This document shows, piece by piece, positions 30,327 to 40,034 of a stretch of DNA of 64,000 nucleotides (positions are counted from its first letter, which is position 1; each line of letters opens with the position of its first letter). The notes beneath the pieces are model-generated. The model saw only the letters and a list, made by a program, of their open reading frames with translations. It was not told where the DNA came from and made no database searches. Source of the stretch: Candidatus Anammoxibacter sp. (GTDB lineage: Bacteria; Planctomycetota; Brocadiia; Brocadiales; Anammoxibacteraceae); the NCBI GenBank assembly GCA_021777055.1, contig JAIQZO010000067.1:135932-199931 (forward strand), in the 5' to 3' direction. Position numbers and translations under genes: made by a program.

Positions 30327-31436
30327 TTATACTGCAACTGTACTGTTCCTGTTTTGTGTCTCGTATAAAGTATCCCTTTCAACTGGAACTCGTCCTGCTT
30401 CTTTAATTAAATTAACCAATTCAGCTACGCTAAGTGATTCTGGTGTATCAGCTCCGGCGGAGTGCGTTATCTTCTCTTCGGAAACAGTACCATCAATGTC
30501 GTCAACCCCGAAGCTTAATGATACCTGTGCCAGTTTTATTCCCAGCATGATCCAGAAGGCCTTTATGTGGGGAAAGTTATCTAACATCAGACGTCCAAGG
30601 GCCAGCATTTTCAGGTCGTAGAATCCTGTTGTTCTTGAAAGTTCGCTTAGTTCTGTATTCTTAGGATGAAATGCAAGGGGTATGAATGATAAAAACCCGT
30701 TTGTCTCATCTTGCAGATTACGTAATGCCAGAAGGTGGTTTATTACGTCCTCAGCTGCTTCTATATGGCCATATAGCATTGTGGCGTTACTCTTAAAACC
30801 AATGTTATGGGCTTCCCTCATAACGTTAAGCCAACCCTCTCCGCTAAGTTTTTCTGGACAAAGTTTTTCTCTTAACCTAGGTGAAAATACTTCAGCTCCT
30901 CCCCCAGGAAGTGATCCCAAACCTGCATTCTTTAATTCCATCAATGTGTCGTGTACTGACATGCCTGCGATTTCTGCCAGGTGTGCGATCTCTACGGCAG
31001 TAAATGCTTGGATATGAACATGGGGAAATCTGCTGTGTATTTCGCCGATCATCTTGATATAGTAGTCAAACTTAAAGTCTGGATGCAGTCCTCCCACAAT
31101 ATGGAGTTCAGTGGAACCGTCTTTTAACACCAAAGATGCCCTTTGCATGATCTCTTCCATGTCCATAACATAGGAGCCGTCTTCGTCCTTATCCCGGCTG
31201 AATGCGCAAAATTTACACCGGTTTTTACATATGTTTGAGTAGTTAATATGACGGTTTATTATATAATAAGCATTGTTGTTGTTTTTTTGCTCTCGAACAG
31301 TGTTTGCCATGAATCCTATGTGGTTTATGTCGTAACTGTTATAAAGCTTAATGCCGTCATCAAAGTTCAGGCGCTCACCGTTCTGCAGTTTAGCAAAAAT
31401 GTCTGCTAATTCGGAATCAGCAAAAAGTTTTTCCAT
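30327..31436 (-). CDS. mqnE: aminofutalosine synthase (radical SAM, futalosine pathway)
   Basis: NICKNRCKFCAF, HIVGGLHP, PGGGAE, ATMLYGHIE, HIKAFWIM, EKITHSAG. Confidence 0.88.
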   Translation of the reverse strand: MEKLFADSELADIFAKLQNGERLNFDDGIKLYNSYDINHIGFMANTVREQKNNNNAYYIINRHINYSNICKNRCKFCAFSRDKDEDGSYVMDMEEIMQRASLVLKDGSTELHIVGGLHPDFKFDYYIKMIGEIHSRFPHVHIQAFTAVEIAHLAEIAGMSVHDTLMELKNAGLGSLPGGGAEVFSPRLREKLCPEKLSGEGWLNVMREAHNIGFKSNATMLYGHIEAAEDVINHLLALRNLQDETNGFLSFIPLAFHPKNTELSELSRTTGFYDLKMLALGRLMLDNFPHIKAFWIMLGIKLAQVSLSFGVDDIDGTVSEEKITHSAGADTPESLSVAELVNLIKEAGRVPVERDTLYETQNRNSTVAV

Positions 31437-31720
31437 AAAATACTCCTTTATCCTACAAATATGATATATTCAACTAAAAGTTATCAAAATATATATATAA
31501 AAGCAAGTAATATCCTATACTTAGGAGGTATAAATAATGTTACAGATTTTCATGCTTTACGTTTTTGCGATGAAAAAGTATAATTTTTAAACAATTAAAT
31601 ATTAATGGGTTACAGTTTTACAGTTATGGATTATTCCAATAATTGGAATGCGCGGCTTTGCGTTTGCAGAGGTATGAAAATCATTTGTTTGAATGAGCTT
31701 TAACGGTTTATTATTTTACC

Positions 31721-33871
31721 ATGAATATAAAACAGATTTTAGGGAAAGATTTTAATTTAAGAGCGGAGCAGGTTGACAACGTAATAAACTTACTTGAAAA
31801 TGACGCAACTATTCCTTTCATTGCCCGGTACAGGAAAGATGCTACCGGTGGCTTAGATGAAATTGTTCTTCGGGATATTAGGGACAGATATGATTACCTA
31901 AAAGAGCTGGAGACGAGAAAGGTAACTGTACTCCAAACAATTGAAGGGCTGGGTAAACTGACGGAAGAACTGAAGGAAAAGATAGATACGTGCTTAGAAA
32001 AGACCGTGCTGGAAGATCTTTATTTACCGTACAAACCGAAAAAGAGGTCCAGGGCTGTTGCTGCTATGGAAAAAGGTTTAGGGCCACTTTTAGATTGGAT
32101 AGTGGTACAGACAAATCCATTGCTTAACATTGAAGATGAGGCCGCGAAATATGTTGACGCGGAAAAAGGGGTTAATGATTGCAGGGAAGCCCTTATGGGT
32201 GCGGCAGATATATTTGCGGAGTGTGTTGCAGAAAAAGCAGAGAACAGGGAGTATGTGAGGAGTGCATTCCTTGAAAACGGAGTCTTTGTTTCAAAGGCTA
32301 AGAAGGCGTTTCTTGAGAAAAAGACGAAATTTTCGATGTATTATGACTACAGATCTCCGGTTAATAAGATTTCATCTCACAATATGTTAGCCTTAAGACG
32401 TGGTGCAAAAGAGGGTATAATAGGGTTTGAGATTGAAGCTGATGACGAATCATTGATTAATGAATTAAGTCGCAGAGAAGTAAAAATTGCAGAAGGTACG
32501 GTTTCTGGATTCTTGAAGGATGCAGTTAAAGACAGTTATGAAAGGTTAATAAAACCCTCTATTTCTACAGAGGTTAGGCTTATAAAAAAGCAAGAGGCTG
32601 ATCAGGAGGCGATTCTTATCTTTGGTAAAAACCTTCAAAAATTGCTGCTCTCATCACCGGCTGGACAGGTGTCTTTGGTTGCCGTGGATCCTGGGTTTCG
32701 AACAGGCTGTAAAGTCGTTGTCCTTGATACCACAGGCAAGTTTCTGGAATACCAGGCAATATTTCCCCATGAACGGAATAAAAGAGGAGAAGATGCAAAA
32801 AAAACCTTGCTCTATTTTATTGAGAAGTACTCTCCGCAATTTATTGTAATTGGAAATGGTACTGCTTCACGTGAGACAGAGAGGTTTATCAAACAGGATG
32901 TTGTTGATGGGCTTGATGAAAAGAAGAGACCTGTTGTGCTTGTTGTAAGCGAAGCGGGGGCTTCTGTATATTCTGCAAGCCAGAGCGCTATAAACGAATT
33001 TCCGGAACTGGATATTACTGTCAGGGGTGCTATTTCCATTGGCAGGAGATTAATGGACCCTTTGGCGGAACTTGTAAAGATAGAACCTAAATCCATAGGG
33101 GTTGGACAGTATCAGCATGACGTTGATCAGAAATTCCTTAAAAACAAACTTGGCGAGATAGTTGAATCATGCGTGAACTATGTGGGGGTGGATCTTAATA
33201 GCGCTTCTGTAGAGCTGCTGTCGTATGTTTCCGGAATAAAGCCGAAGATTGCGGAAAATATCGTACTGCGACGGAACGAAAAAGGACCTTTTCTAAAGAG
33301 AGACAATCTCCTTGATGTTGCAGGCCTTGGAGAAAAGACGTTTTTGCAATCAGCTGGATTTTTGCGCATAAAAGGTATGGAGAATCTCCTTGATGACTCT
33401 GCTGTGCATCCTGAAAGCTATTATGTTGTCAAGAAGATTGCTGAAAAGTTTAATGCTCCGCTAAAAGACCTTATAGGCAATGCCGCTCTCCTTGAGAAGA
33501 TTGAACCGGCTGATCTTATAGATGAACAGACGGGCGTGTCTACTGTCATGGATATTCTGGAAGAATTGAAGAAACCGGGACGTGATCCCCGTTCTACATT
33601 TACGTATGCCAAGTTTCGGGAAGATGTAAACAGTATTGATGATTTGTCTGTGGGGATGGCTTTGCAGGGGGTAGCAACAAATGTTACAAACTTTGGAGCA
33701 TTTGTGGATATAGGTGTGCATCAGGACGGATTGGTACATATTTCACAACTGGCTGACCGATTTGTTAAAGATCCGACGGATGTTGTAAATGTTGGAGATA
33801 CAGTTAATGTTAAAATTATTGATATTGATGTGGAACTGAAGAGGATTGCACTTTCTATGCGGGTAAAATAA
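31721..33871 (+). CDS. tex: Tex family RNA-binding protein
   Basis: TIPFIARYRK, DPGFRTGCK, EAGASVYSAS, IGVGQYQHD; C-terminal S1 domain. Confidence 0.93.
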   Translation: MNIKQILGKDFNLRAEQVDNVINLLENDATIPFIARYRKDATGGLDEIVLRDIRDRYDYLKELETRKVTVLQTIEGLGKLTEELKEKIDTCLEKTVLEDLYLPYKPKKRSRAVAAMEKGLGPLLDWIVVQTNPLLNIEDEAAKYVDAEKGVNDCREALMGAADIFAECVAEKAENREYVRSAFLENGVFVSKAKKAFLEKKTKFSMYYDYRSPVNKISSHNMLALRRGAKEGIIGFEIEADDESLINELSRREVKIAEGTVSGFLKDAVKDSYERLIKPSISTEVRLIKKQEADQEAILIFGKNLQKLLLSSPAGQVSLVAVDPGFRTGCKVVVLDTTGKFLEYQAIFPHERNKRGEDAKKTLLYFIEKYSPQFIVIGNGTASRETERFIKQDVVDGLDEKKRPVVLVVSEAGASVYSASQSAINEFPELDITVRGAISIGRRLMDPLAELVKIEPKSIGVGQYQHDVDQKFLKNKLGEIVESCVNYVGVDLNSASVELLSYVSGIKPKIAENIVLRRNEKGPFLKRDNLLDVAGLGEKTFLQSAGFLRIKGMENLLDDSAVHPESYYVVKKIAEKFNAPLKDLIGNAALLEKIEPADLIDEQTGVSTVMDILEELKKPGRDPRSTFTYAKFREDVNSIDDLSVGMALQGVATNVTNFGAFVDIGVHQDGLVHISQLADRFVKDPTDVVNVGDTVNVKIIDIDVELKRIALSMRVK

Positions 33872-34026
33872 TTGCGGTAGGCCCATTCAGTGGTATAGTT
33901 GGGAATAAAACGTGGAGTAATGTAGTCTTGGATCGATGCGAATGTTCTAACTCATATTACCTGAATTATGTATTCCAGGAAAACGACAAAATCGTAAAAA
34001 GAGAAGTTTTTGCAGGGTAGTGTTAT

Positions 34027-34482
34027 ATGACAATGATTTCTAGAAAGATAACTACAACTATTTATATTTTAACTCTTTTGCTAGGTATGGGTAGTTTTGT
34101 TCGCCACTGTTTCTGCCAGTCGCACTTTGATGTTTCTGGGAAATGGACGGTAAATTTTGTAGGTATTGAAAAAGGGTGTAAGGATAGTTCTAAGAATGGG
34201 AGCAAGGAAGGCTTGTTTACGTTTGATGTTTTGCAGCAAGGTGCATCTGTTTCCGGTTTATCCGATGATGGAGAAACGACTAATTTACTGTCTGGAATGT
34301 TAACAGGAAACCGCATTAAACTTGTGGTTAAAGGTGTGGATGGGGATTGTATGTCGAAAACAAAGCTAAGGGGGCAGGTAATTGCGGGAAATATAATTAA
34401 AGGATCGTATGAAGGTGGAAATCTTAATTGCGATACTTGTAAATGGCATGGTATGTTTTCTGTTGAAATAAACAAAAAATAG
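34027..34482 (+). CDS. exported hypothetical beta-rich protein
   Basis: Signal peptide; DVSGKW; several Cys. Confidence 0.65.
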   Translation: MTMISRKITTTIYILTLLLGMGSFVRHCFCQSHFDVSGKWTVNFVGIEKGCKDSSKNGSKEGLFTFDVLQQGASVSGLSDDGETTNLLSGMLTGNRIKLVVKGVDGDCMSKTKLRGQVIAGNIIKGSYEGGNLNCDTCKWHGMFSVEINKK

Positions 34483-34495
34483 TTATTGGTTAAAT

Positions 34496-35014
34496 ATGAT
34501 CATAAATAGGATATTGTCATTTGCCATTACATTGTTGGTGTTCTTACATGTTTGTAGCTATTCGATATATGCAAACGCAGAAGGTTACAATTTTTCCTTT
34601 TTTAAAAAACTTCTAGGTGATGGCCGGCCTTACCGTTTAATGGGAGGAAAGGACTTTACGCTGGAGTGTAAAAAAAGTATTGTTAAAAGAGTGAACGATT
34701 TTAACGTTATGTATATAGAAGAAAAAGAGGCCATAGGTTGTAAGTTAGTTGTTGAAAAAGAAATAATAGATAAGGCAAAAGGACCGGTTACGATTGCATC
34801 AGAGTTAAAACATGGTGAAAAGGTTTCTGTCTGTGTAACTCCTGGTAGCGGTATGACTAACGATGCAGGGGTGTTTCCCGTTAAGATAACCGGAACTGAA
34901 AAAGGTGTAGACTGGATTGGGTGGGCTATTGTGGATAAAAAAGGAGAAATTGATTTTAGTAAAAAAGCTTATGATTCCGGGAAGGCTTGGGGTGTATATA
35001 TATTTGTAAGGTAA
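34496..35014 (+). CDS. exported hypothetical protein
   Basis: Signal peptide; 172-aa ORF 13 nt after the previous gene. Confidence 0.65.
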   Translation: MIINRILSFAITLLVFLHVCSYSIYANAEGYNFSFFKKLLGDGRPYRLMGGKDFTLECKKSIVKRVNDFNVMYIEEKEAIGCKLVVEKEIIDKAKGPVTIASELKHGEKVSVCVTPGSGMTNDAGVFPVKITGTEKGVDWIGWAIVDKKGEIDFSKKAYDSGKAWGVYIFVR

Positions 35015-35160
35015 ATACAGTAGATTTTTGCTCAAATATTTGTCTAAAATTAGTCAGTTCTAGGTTTTATTCTACATGTATTAATTGCCTCTATTACTCT
35101 TTTCTAAAGGTTTAGAATTTGTTGTTGCTTTGCCATTTGCTTTTGGTGAATCTATAATTC

Positions 35161-35252
35161 TCACTTTCTGAATCCTGCTCTCTGTTGTTCTGATTTCTGT
35201 ATCCATAAAAACCACAAAATTATAAGAAAAGAAGTTTTATATAGTAATGCTA
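35161..35252 (+). repeat. partial copy (right end) of the 43182-43409 element
   Basis: TCACTTTCTGAATC...CCATAAAAACCACAAAAT...AAGAAGTTTTATATAGTAATGCTA aligns with 43314-43409; weaker third copy at about 33960-34025. Confidence 0.7.
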
Positions 35253-35263
35253 TAATAATTAGA

Positions 35264-37015
35264 ATGAGACTGTTAAAAGAAAAATATATTTGGGCTTTAA
35301 TTCTACTTTCAACTGTAGTACGTATCTATGCATGGTACTTTACCCCTGTTGTAGGAAGGGATGCGTTTGATTTCGTAAGTATTGCGAGACGTTTTGCTGA
35401 AGGTGATTTTATAACCGGTCTGCAGCATCCATTTCATCCTCTTTATTCTTTGCTGATATCATTTGTGTCTCAATGTGGTTTTGAACTTATCCTTGCTGGA
35501 CGTATTGTGTCTCTGGTTTTAAGCATTCTAACTGTAGTAGTGCTGTATGTTGTTGGTGAGAAGATGTTTAATAAGACTATTGCACTTATTGCAGCATTTA
35601 TATTGGCGATACATCCTTATGCCGTCCGTCTTGCAGTTGATGTAATGTCTGAATCTACATACTTTTTCTTCTACGTTACTGGATTCGGTTTGGGATATAT
35701 AGCGATAAAGACAAAGAGACCGTATATCTTCTTTTTAACTGGTCTGTTTAGTGCTTTTGCATATCTTACAAGACCTGAAGGGGTAAGTATACTACTTATA
35801 ACAGGCCTTTGGCCTTTTGTTCAGTTTGTAAAGAGTGTTCCGGTATTAAAAAATTTTGGTAACAGATTACCACCTTATGTTGAAAAAAGAGCAATTCTCG
35901 CTAGTTCTATAAAGTCTATCTCCCTCTTGTTAGTGGGTTTTTTTCTCCTTGCCGCTCCATATATTTTTTGTATAAAGGGTGAGACCGGTGGCTGGACACT
36001 TACGAAGAAGAAGAGGCTGTCTCAGATTACAGGGGTGGAACTCCTGTTGGATGTGGAGGAGAAATCTGGTTCTGGTATTGAGCAAAATAAAGATGATGGC
36101 GCTTTGTCATCAACAGATGCGTATATTGCTTGGTTAAGCGGGCAGGAAAATCTGGATATGCAATCCCTGAATGCGGACTTTGATATTGCAAATGCGCTGA
36201 AATATGTTCCTGAAAAGAGCTATTCAAAGACTCTTTATAACGTTGTATGGCAGTATATAGATTCTCTTCATTATCCTCTGCTGCTTTTTCTTATTATAGG
36301 GATTGTATGTTTGTTTAGAAAGCCAGGTGGCGATTTTCTCAATATTTATATACTTGTATATATTGCAATATTTTTGTTTGTTTTATTCTTTTTACGAAAA
36401 TCGAACGGTTATGCTAGTTACAGACATTTAATGAATATTGTATTGGTTACTCTGTTTTGGGTCGCAATTGGACTTAATCGTTCGTATTTTTGGGTGGTTG
36501 AGAGGGGACTTGCTCGTAAACGTGCTGTAACAGTGGATGGTTCTAACTGGTGGAAGTGTGGTCAACAGACAATGGATATAAGATCCAGGGGATTTATTGT
36601 TCTTCTTTGTATTCTTTCTCTGCTTATATTACCAAAGACTTTGAAACCGCACAGGACAAGTAAGATAGTTAGGAAAGAAGCGGGACTATGGCTGAAAGAT
36701 TATGACCCTGGGAATAAAATTGTTCTTACTGATAAGCTTGTGGTCGCTCTTTATGCAGATGCTAGTGGTATAGAGCTCCCCATCAATATAATAGGATACG
36801 ATAAGATATTGAAATTCGCCTGGGCATTTAATGCCGACTATGTTGTGTTTACAGATTCTATAGAAAATACCAACCCCGGTTTCTTTTCTGCTGTTATAAA
36901 GAGTGATTTAAAGAAGTTAACGGAACTAAACAATAACGATAGGAAAGTTGTTGTTTATGAGGTTGTAAAAAATGTTAATGATCGCATCCTGGATGAGTGG
37001 GGTGATAGTGAATAG
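35264..37015 (+). CDS. GT-C (ArnT/PMT, GT39/83-like) membrane glycosyltransferase
   Basis: Multi-TM; HPLYSLL, VMSES, AYLTRPEG. Confidence 0.8.
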   Translation: MRLLKEKYIWALILLSTVVRIYAWYFTPVVGRDAFDFVSIARRFAEGDFITGLQHPFHPLYSLLISFVSQCGFELILAGRIVSLVLSILTVVVLYVVGEKMFNKTIALIAAFILAIHPYAVRLAVDVMSESTYFFFYVTGFGLGYIAIKTKRPYIFFLTGLFSAFAYLTRPEGVSILLITGLWPFVQFVKSVPVLKNFGNRLPPYVEKRAILASSIKSISLLLVGFFLLAAPYIFCIKGETGGWTLTKKKRLSQITGVELLLDVEEKSGSGIEQNKDDGALSSTDAYIAWLSGQENLDMQSLNADFDIANALKYVPEKSYSKTLYNVVWQYIDSLHYPLLLFLIIGIVCLFRKPGGDFLNIYILVYIAIFLFVLFFLRKSNGYASYRHLMNIVLVTLFWVAIGLNRSYFWVVERGLARKRAVTVDGSNWWKCGQQTMDIRSRGFIVLLCILSLLILPKTLKPHRTSKIVRKEAGLWLKDYDPGNKIVLTDKLVVALYADASGIELPINIIGYDKILKFAWAFNADYVVFTDSIENTNPGFFSAVIKSDLKKLTELNNNDRKVVVYEVVKNVNDRILDEWGDSE

Positions 37016-37044
37016 TTGTGGAAATGGAGATTCGAGATAAATAA

Positions 37045-38448
37045 ATGCTAAGAAAACATAGAGAATTTTACGCAAATCTACTGTTTATGCAGGATGTGAT
37101 TATTATTTCTGCCTCGTGGATTTTGTCTTATTATTTGAGATTAAAAGAGAGTATTGTTCCGCTTTATGAATACCCTCCAGAGTTAAAGTATTATTTGGTG
37201 CTTCTGGTATTTATAGTACTATTGTGGCGTATCATTTTTAAATATTTTAGATTATACAGCCCTAAAGGACGTTACTCTCTCATAAATGAGATCGCTGGCG
37301 TTGTAAAAGCATCAACGGTTTCCATCATCCTTTTGACTACGCTTACCTATTTTTTCAGACATTACGAATATTCCCGTGTGGTGTTTATCTATTTTTGGTT
37401 TATAAGTATTGTCTCTCTCTCTCTTTCCAGAATAATTACAAGAAAGGTAAGATCATATTATCTAAACAAGGAAGGTAATCAACGCAATGTGCTTATTGTG
37501 GGGGCTGAAGCTCTGGGAAAAGATGTTTTAAAACGCATAAAGAGGCATCCTGATCTCGGGTTAAAAGTTGTGGGTTTTCTTGCAAGTGATAAAGAGAATG
37601 TTAATTCGCGTATTTACGGATCAACGATTATTGGTACATATGATGAGATTGAACGTGTGGTAAATACCTATGAGGTGGAGCTTGTAATCATTGCGCTGCA
37701 GTTAGAAGAACTGTCAAAGGTTAAGTGCATATTGAAGATGATAGAGTGCGAAACTGTTGATATAAAAATTGTGCCGGACTTTTCACAGTTTATTACTTTA
37801 AGGGGAGAAACAGAAGAATTTGACGGCCTTACGCTTGTAAATGTACAATCTTCACCACTTTATGGCTGGAACATAGTAAAAAAAAGAATTTTTGATGTTG
37901 TGGTAACTTTTGCATCCTTAATCGTCTCGTTTCCATTACTTGTAATTATTGCCCTTGCGGTAAAGACAACATCACGCGGCCCGTTGATATATAAGCAGGA
38001 GAGGATGGGTATGGATGGAAGGGTATTTGGTATGTACAAGTTTCGCTCAATGAAGGTTGATTCAGAGGCCGAAACAGGGCCTGTCTGGGCGGTGAAGGAT
38101 GATCCCCGAAGGACATGGCTTGGTAAGATTTTGCGAAATACGAGTATGGATGAACTTCCTCAGCTTGTAAATGTCATAAAGGGAGAGATGAGTCTTGTGG
38201 GGCCACGGCCGGAAAGGACTATATTTATAGAAGATTTTAAGGGAAGACTACCAAAGTATATGTTGCGACATAAAGTAAAAGCAGGTATGACTGGGTGGGC
38301 GCAGGTTAATGGATGGAGAGGTGATACCTCTATAGAAAAACGTATAGAGTATGATTTGCATTATATCGAGAATTGGTCCGTCGGACTTGATATTAAAATA
38401 GTCTTGCTAACAGTATGGAAAGGTTTTATAAACAATAATGCTTATTAA
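37045..38448 (+). CDS. undecaprenyl-phosphate glucose phosphotransferase (WcaJ-type)
   Basis: KFRSM, DDPR, DELPQLVNV.KGEMSLVGPRPER, GMTGWAQVNG. Confidence 0.9.
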   Translation: MLRKHREFYANLLFMQDVIIISASWILSYYLRLKESIVPLYEYPPELKYYLVLLVFIVLLWRIIFKYFRLYSPKGRYSLINEIAGVVKASTVSIILLTTLTYFFRHYEYSRVVFIYFWFISIVSLSLSRIITRKVRSYYLNKEGNQRNVLIVGAEALGKDVLKRIKRHPDLGLKVVGFLASDKENVNSRIYGSTIIGTYDEIERVVNTYEVELVIIALQLEELSKVKCILKMIECETVDIKIVPDFSQFITLRGETEEFDGLTLVNVQSSPLYGWNIVKKRIFDVVVTFASLIVSFPLLVIIALAVKTTSRGPLIYKQERMGMDGRVFGMYKFRSMKVDSEAETGPVWAVKDDPRRTWLGKILRNTSMDELPQLVNVIKGEMSLVGPRPERTIFIEDFKGRLPKYMLRHKVKAGMTGWAQVNGWRGDTSIEKRIEYDLHYIENWSVGLDIKIVLLTVWKGFINNNAY

Positions 38449-38488
38449 TTTATACACTGGAAGTCTATAGTTTATTTTTTTTATAAGC

Positions 38489-38545
38489 TTGACGAATGGA
38501 AAAAAAGGGTTTATTATTGGTTAACGATAATTATTACTAATAGAT
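38489..38545 (+). promoter_or_regulatory. sigma70 promoter with downstream Fur/Per-box-like operator
   Basis: TTGACG-17-TATTAT (38489-38517), then GATAATTATTACTAATAGA resembling GATAATGATAATCATTATC. Confidence 0.55.
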
Positions 38546-38583
38546 AGTAATTGCTTTTAGCGAACTATTATTTTGAGGGAAAA

Positions 38584-39030
38584 ATGGATTCTTCTGGTTT
38601 AAAAGATATCAATGCTAAAGTTGAGTACTTAAAGAAAAATAAAAGGCGAATCACTCCACAGCTTCTGGAGGTGCTGCGAATTATAAGCCGGAATGGCGGG
38701 CACTTTACTGCATCTGATATTTACAATGAAATAAAAAAGACATTCCCTTCAATTTCATTAAATACCGTTTATTGCATTTTAAAGAAACTCAATACTGTGG
38801 GAGATGTACAGGAAGTTGTAACGCTGGGGAAAGAGACTAATTATTGTCCGAACGGAAAACAGCATCACCATGTTATATGCACTAAATGCAAAAAAATTGA
38901 AGATGTTGAATTGAAATTGTTTGATATAAATGCTGTTAAGAAACAGATGGAGACAGACTACGAAATAGAGAATTACTCTGTTATGTTTAATGGCTTTTGT
39001 AAGGTATGTAGGGTAAAAGGTGCGTCTTGA
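38584..39030 (+). CDS. Fur/PerR family regulator
   Basis: RITPQ, HFTA, ISLNTVY, HHHVICTKC, CKVC; start at ATG 38584 after GAGGGA. Confidence 0.9.
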   Translation: MDSSGLKDINAKVEYLKKNKRRITPQLLEVLRIISRNGGHFTASDIYNEIKKTFPSISLNTVYCILKKLNTVGDVQEVVTLGKETNYCPNGKQHHHVICTKCKKIEDVELKLFDINAVKKQMETDYEIENYSVMFNGFCKVCRVKGAS

Positions 39031-39052
39031 TAATGGAGAAAAGGGGATTTAT

Positions 39053-39550
39053 ATGAAATTTGAGATTGTCGGTGATGAGATAAAGATATATGATTTCAAT
39101 GCGCTGCAGGCATATAAGATTGGACGTCATTTGGAGGCTGAAGGTATTGAGTTTTACAAAAACTTGTTAACTCGTGGTGATATTGCCAGCAGTGCGGTTA
39201 AGGATGGCATCAAAATGTTAATAGATGAAGAGGTTAAACATCTGAAGGTTTTGGATGAAAAGATCGATGAGATCTCAGCGCAAGAAGATGATGGGTTTGA
39301 AGAGGAGGATTTTGAAGATATTATAAATACGGAAATATTTTCAAACTTTAAAGACATAAAGAATAATAAGGATATTTTTGATAATGTACAGAAAACTGTT
39401 GAATTTGGAATGTTTATAGAGAAACGATCAATTATGTTTTATGAGGCATTACTTAAGCATACTGAAAATGAGAGTGGAAGGGATGCTATTAACAAGATGA
39501 TTTCTCAGGAGCGTGACCATCTTAATAGACTTGATATGATTCCGAGGTAG
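39053..39550 (+). CDS. ferritin-like/rubrerythrin diiron protein
   Basis: E...FY...EEVKH and E...FY...QERDH repeats. Confidence 0.8.
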   Translation: MKFEIVGDEIKIYDFNALQAYKIGRHLEAEGIEFYKNLLTRGDIASSAVKDGIKMLIDEEVKHLKVLDEKIDEISAQEDDGFEEEDFEDIINTEIFSNFKDIKNNKDIFDNVQKTVEFGMFIEKRSIMFYEALLKHTENESGRDAINKMISQERDHLNRLDMIPR

Positions 39551-39635
39551 GTGATAAATTTAAGAGATGGCGAATTGCTCATTTTAAGATAAATAGTTCA
39601 TTAGGGCGTTGCCCTTAACCATGAAATAATAGGAG

Positions 39636-40034
39636 TTGGACATGGAAGATAGTACACCAAAAGGCCCTTATAGCGATAGCGTAATGGACCATTTTTCAAA
39701 TCCGCGAAACATGGGTGAGATGGAAGATGCTGACACCATTGGTGAGGTCGGCAACCCTAAGTGCGGAGATGTAATGAAGCTCTATTTAAAGATCAAGGAG
39801 AATGTCATCGTTGATGCAAAATTTAAGACATTTGGATGTGGAGCGGCTATTGCAACTAGTAGCATGGCGACAGAAATGATAAAGGGTAAAACAATAGATG
39901 AAGCCAGAGAAGTAAGTAATGATGCGGTGGCGAATGCACTTGGCGGATTACCTCCGGCAAAGATGCATTGTTCTGTTCTTGCAAAAGAGGGAATAGATGC
40001 GGCTATCGATGAATATTTGAAAAAGTCTAACTAA
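39636..40034 (+). CDS. iscU: Fe-S scaffold IscU/NifU
   Basis: HFSNPRN, GNPKCGD, FKTFGCG, KMHCS. Confidence 0.9.
   Translation: MDMEDSTPKGPYSDSVMDHFSNPRNMGEMEDADTIGEVGNPKCGDVMKLYLKIKENVIVDAKFKTFGCGAAIATSSMATEMIKGKTIDEAREVSNDAVANALGGLPPAKMHCSVLAKEGIDAAIDEYLKKSN

Noticed and set aside
33875-33950. tRNA-like look (TGGTATAG)
   Set aside because: No cloverleaf or T-loop GTTCRA could be built.
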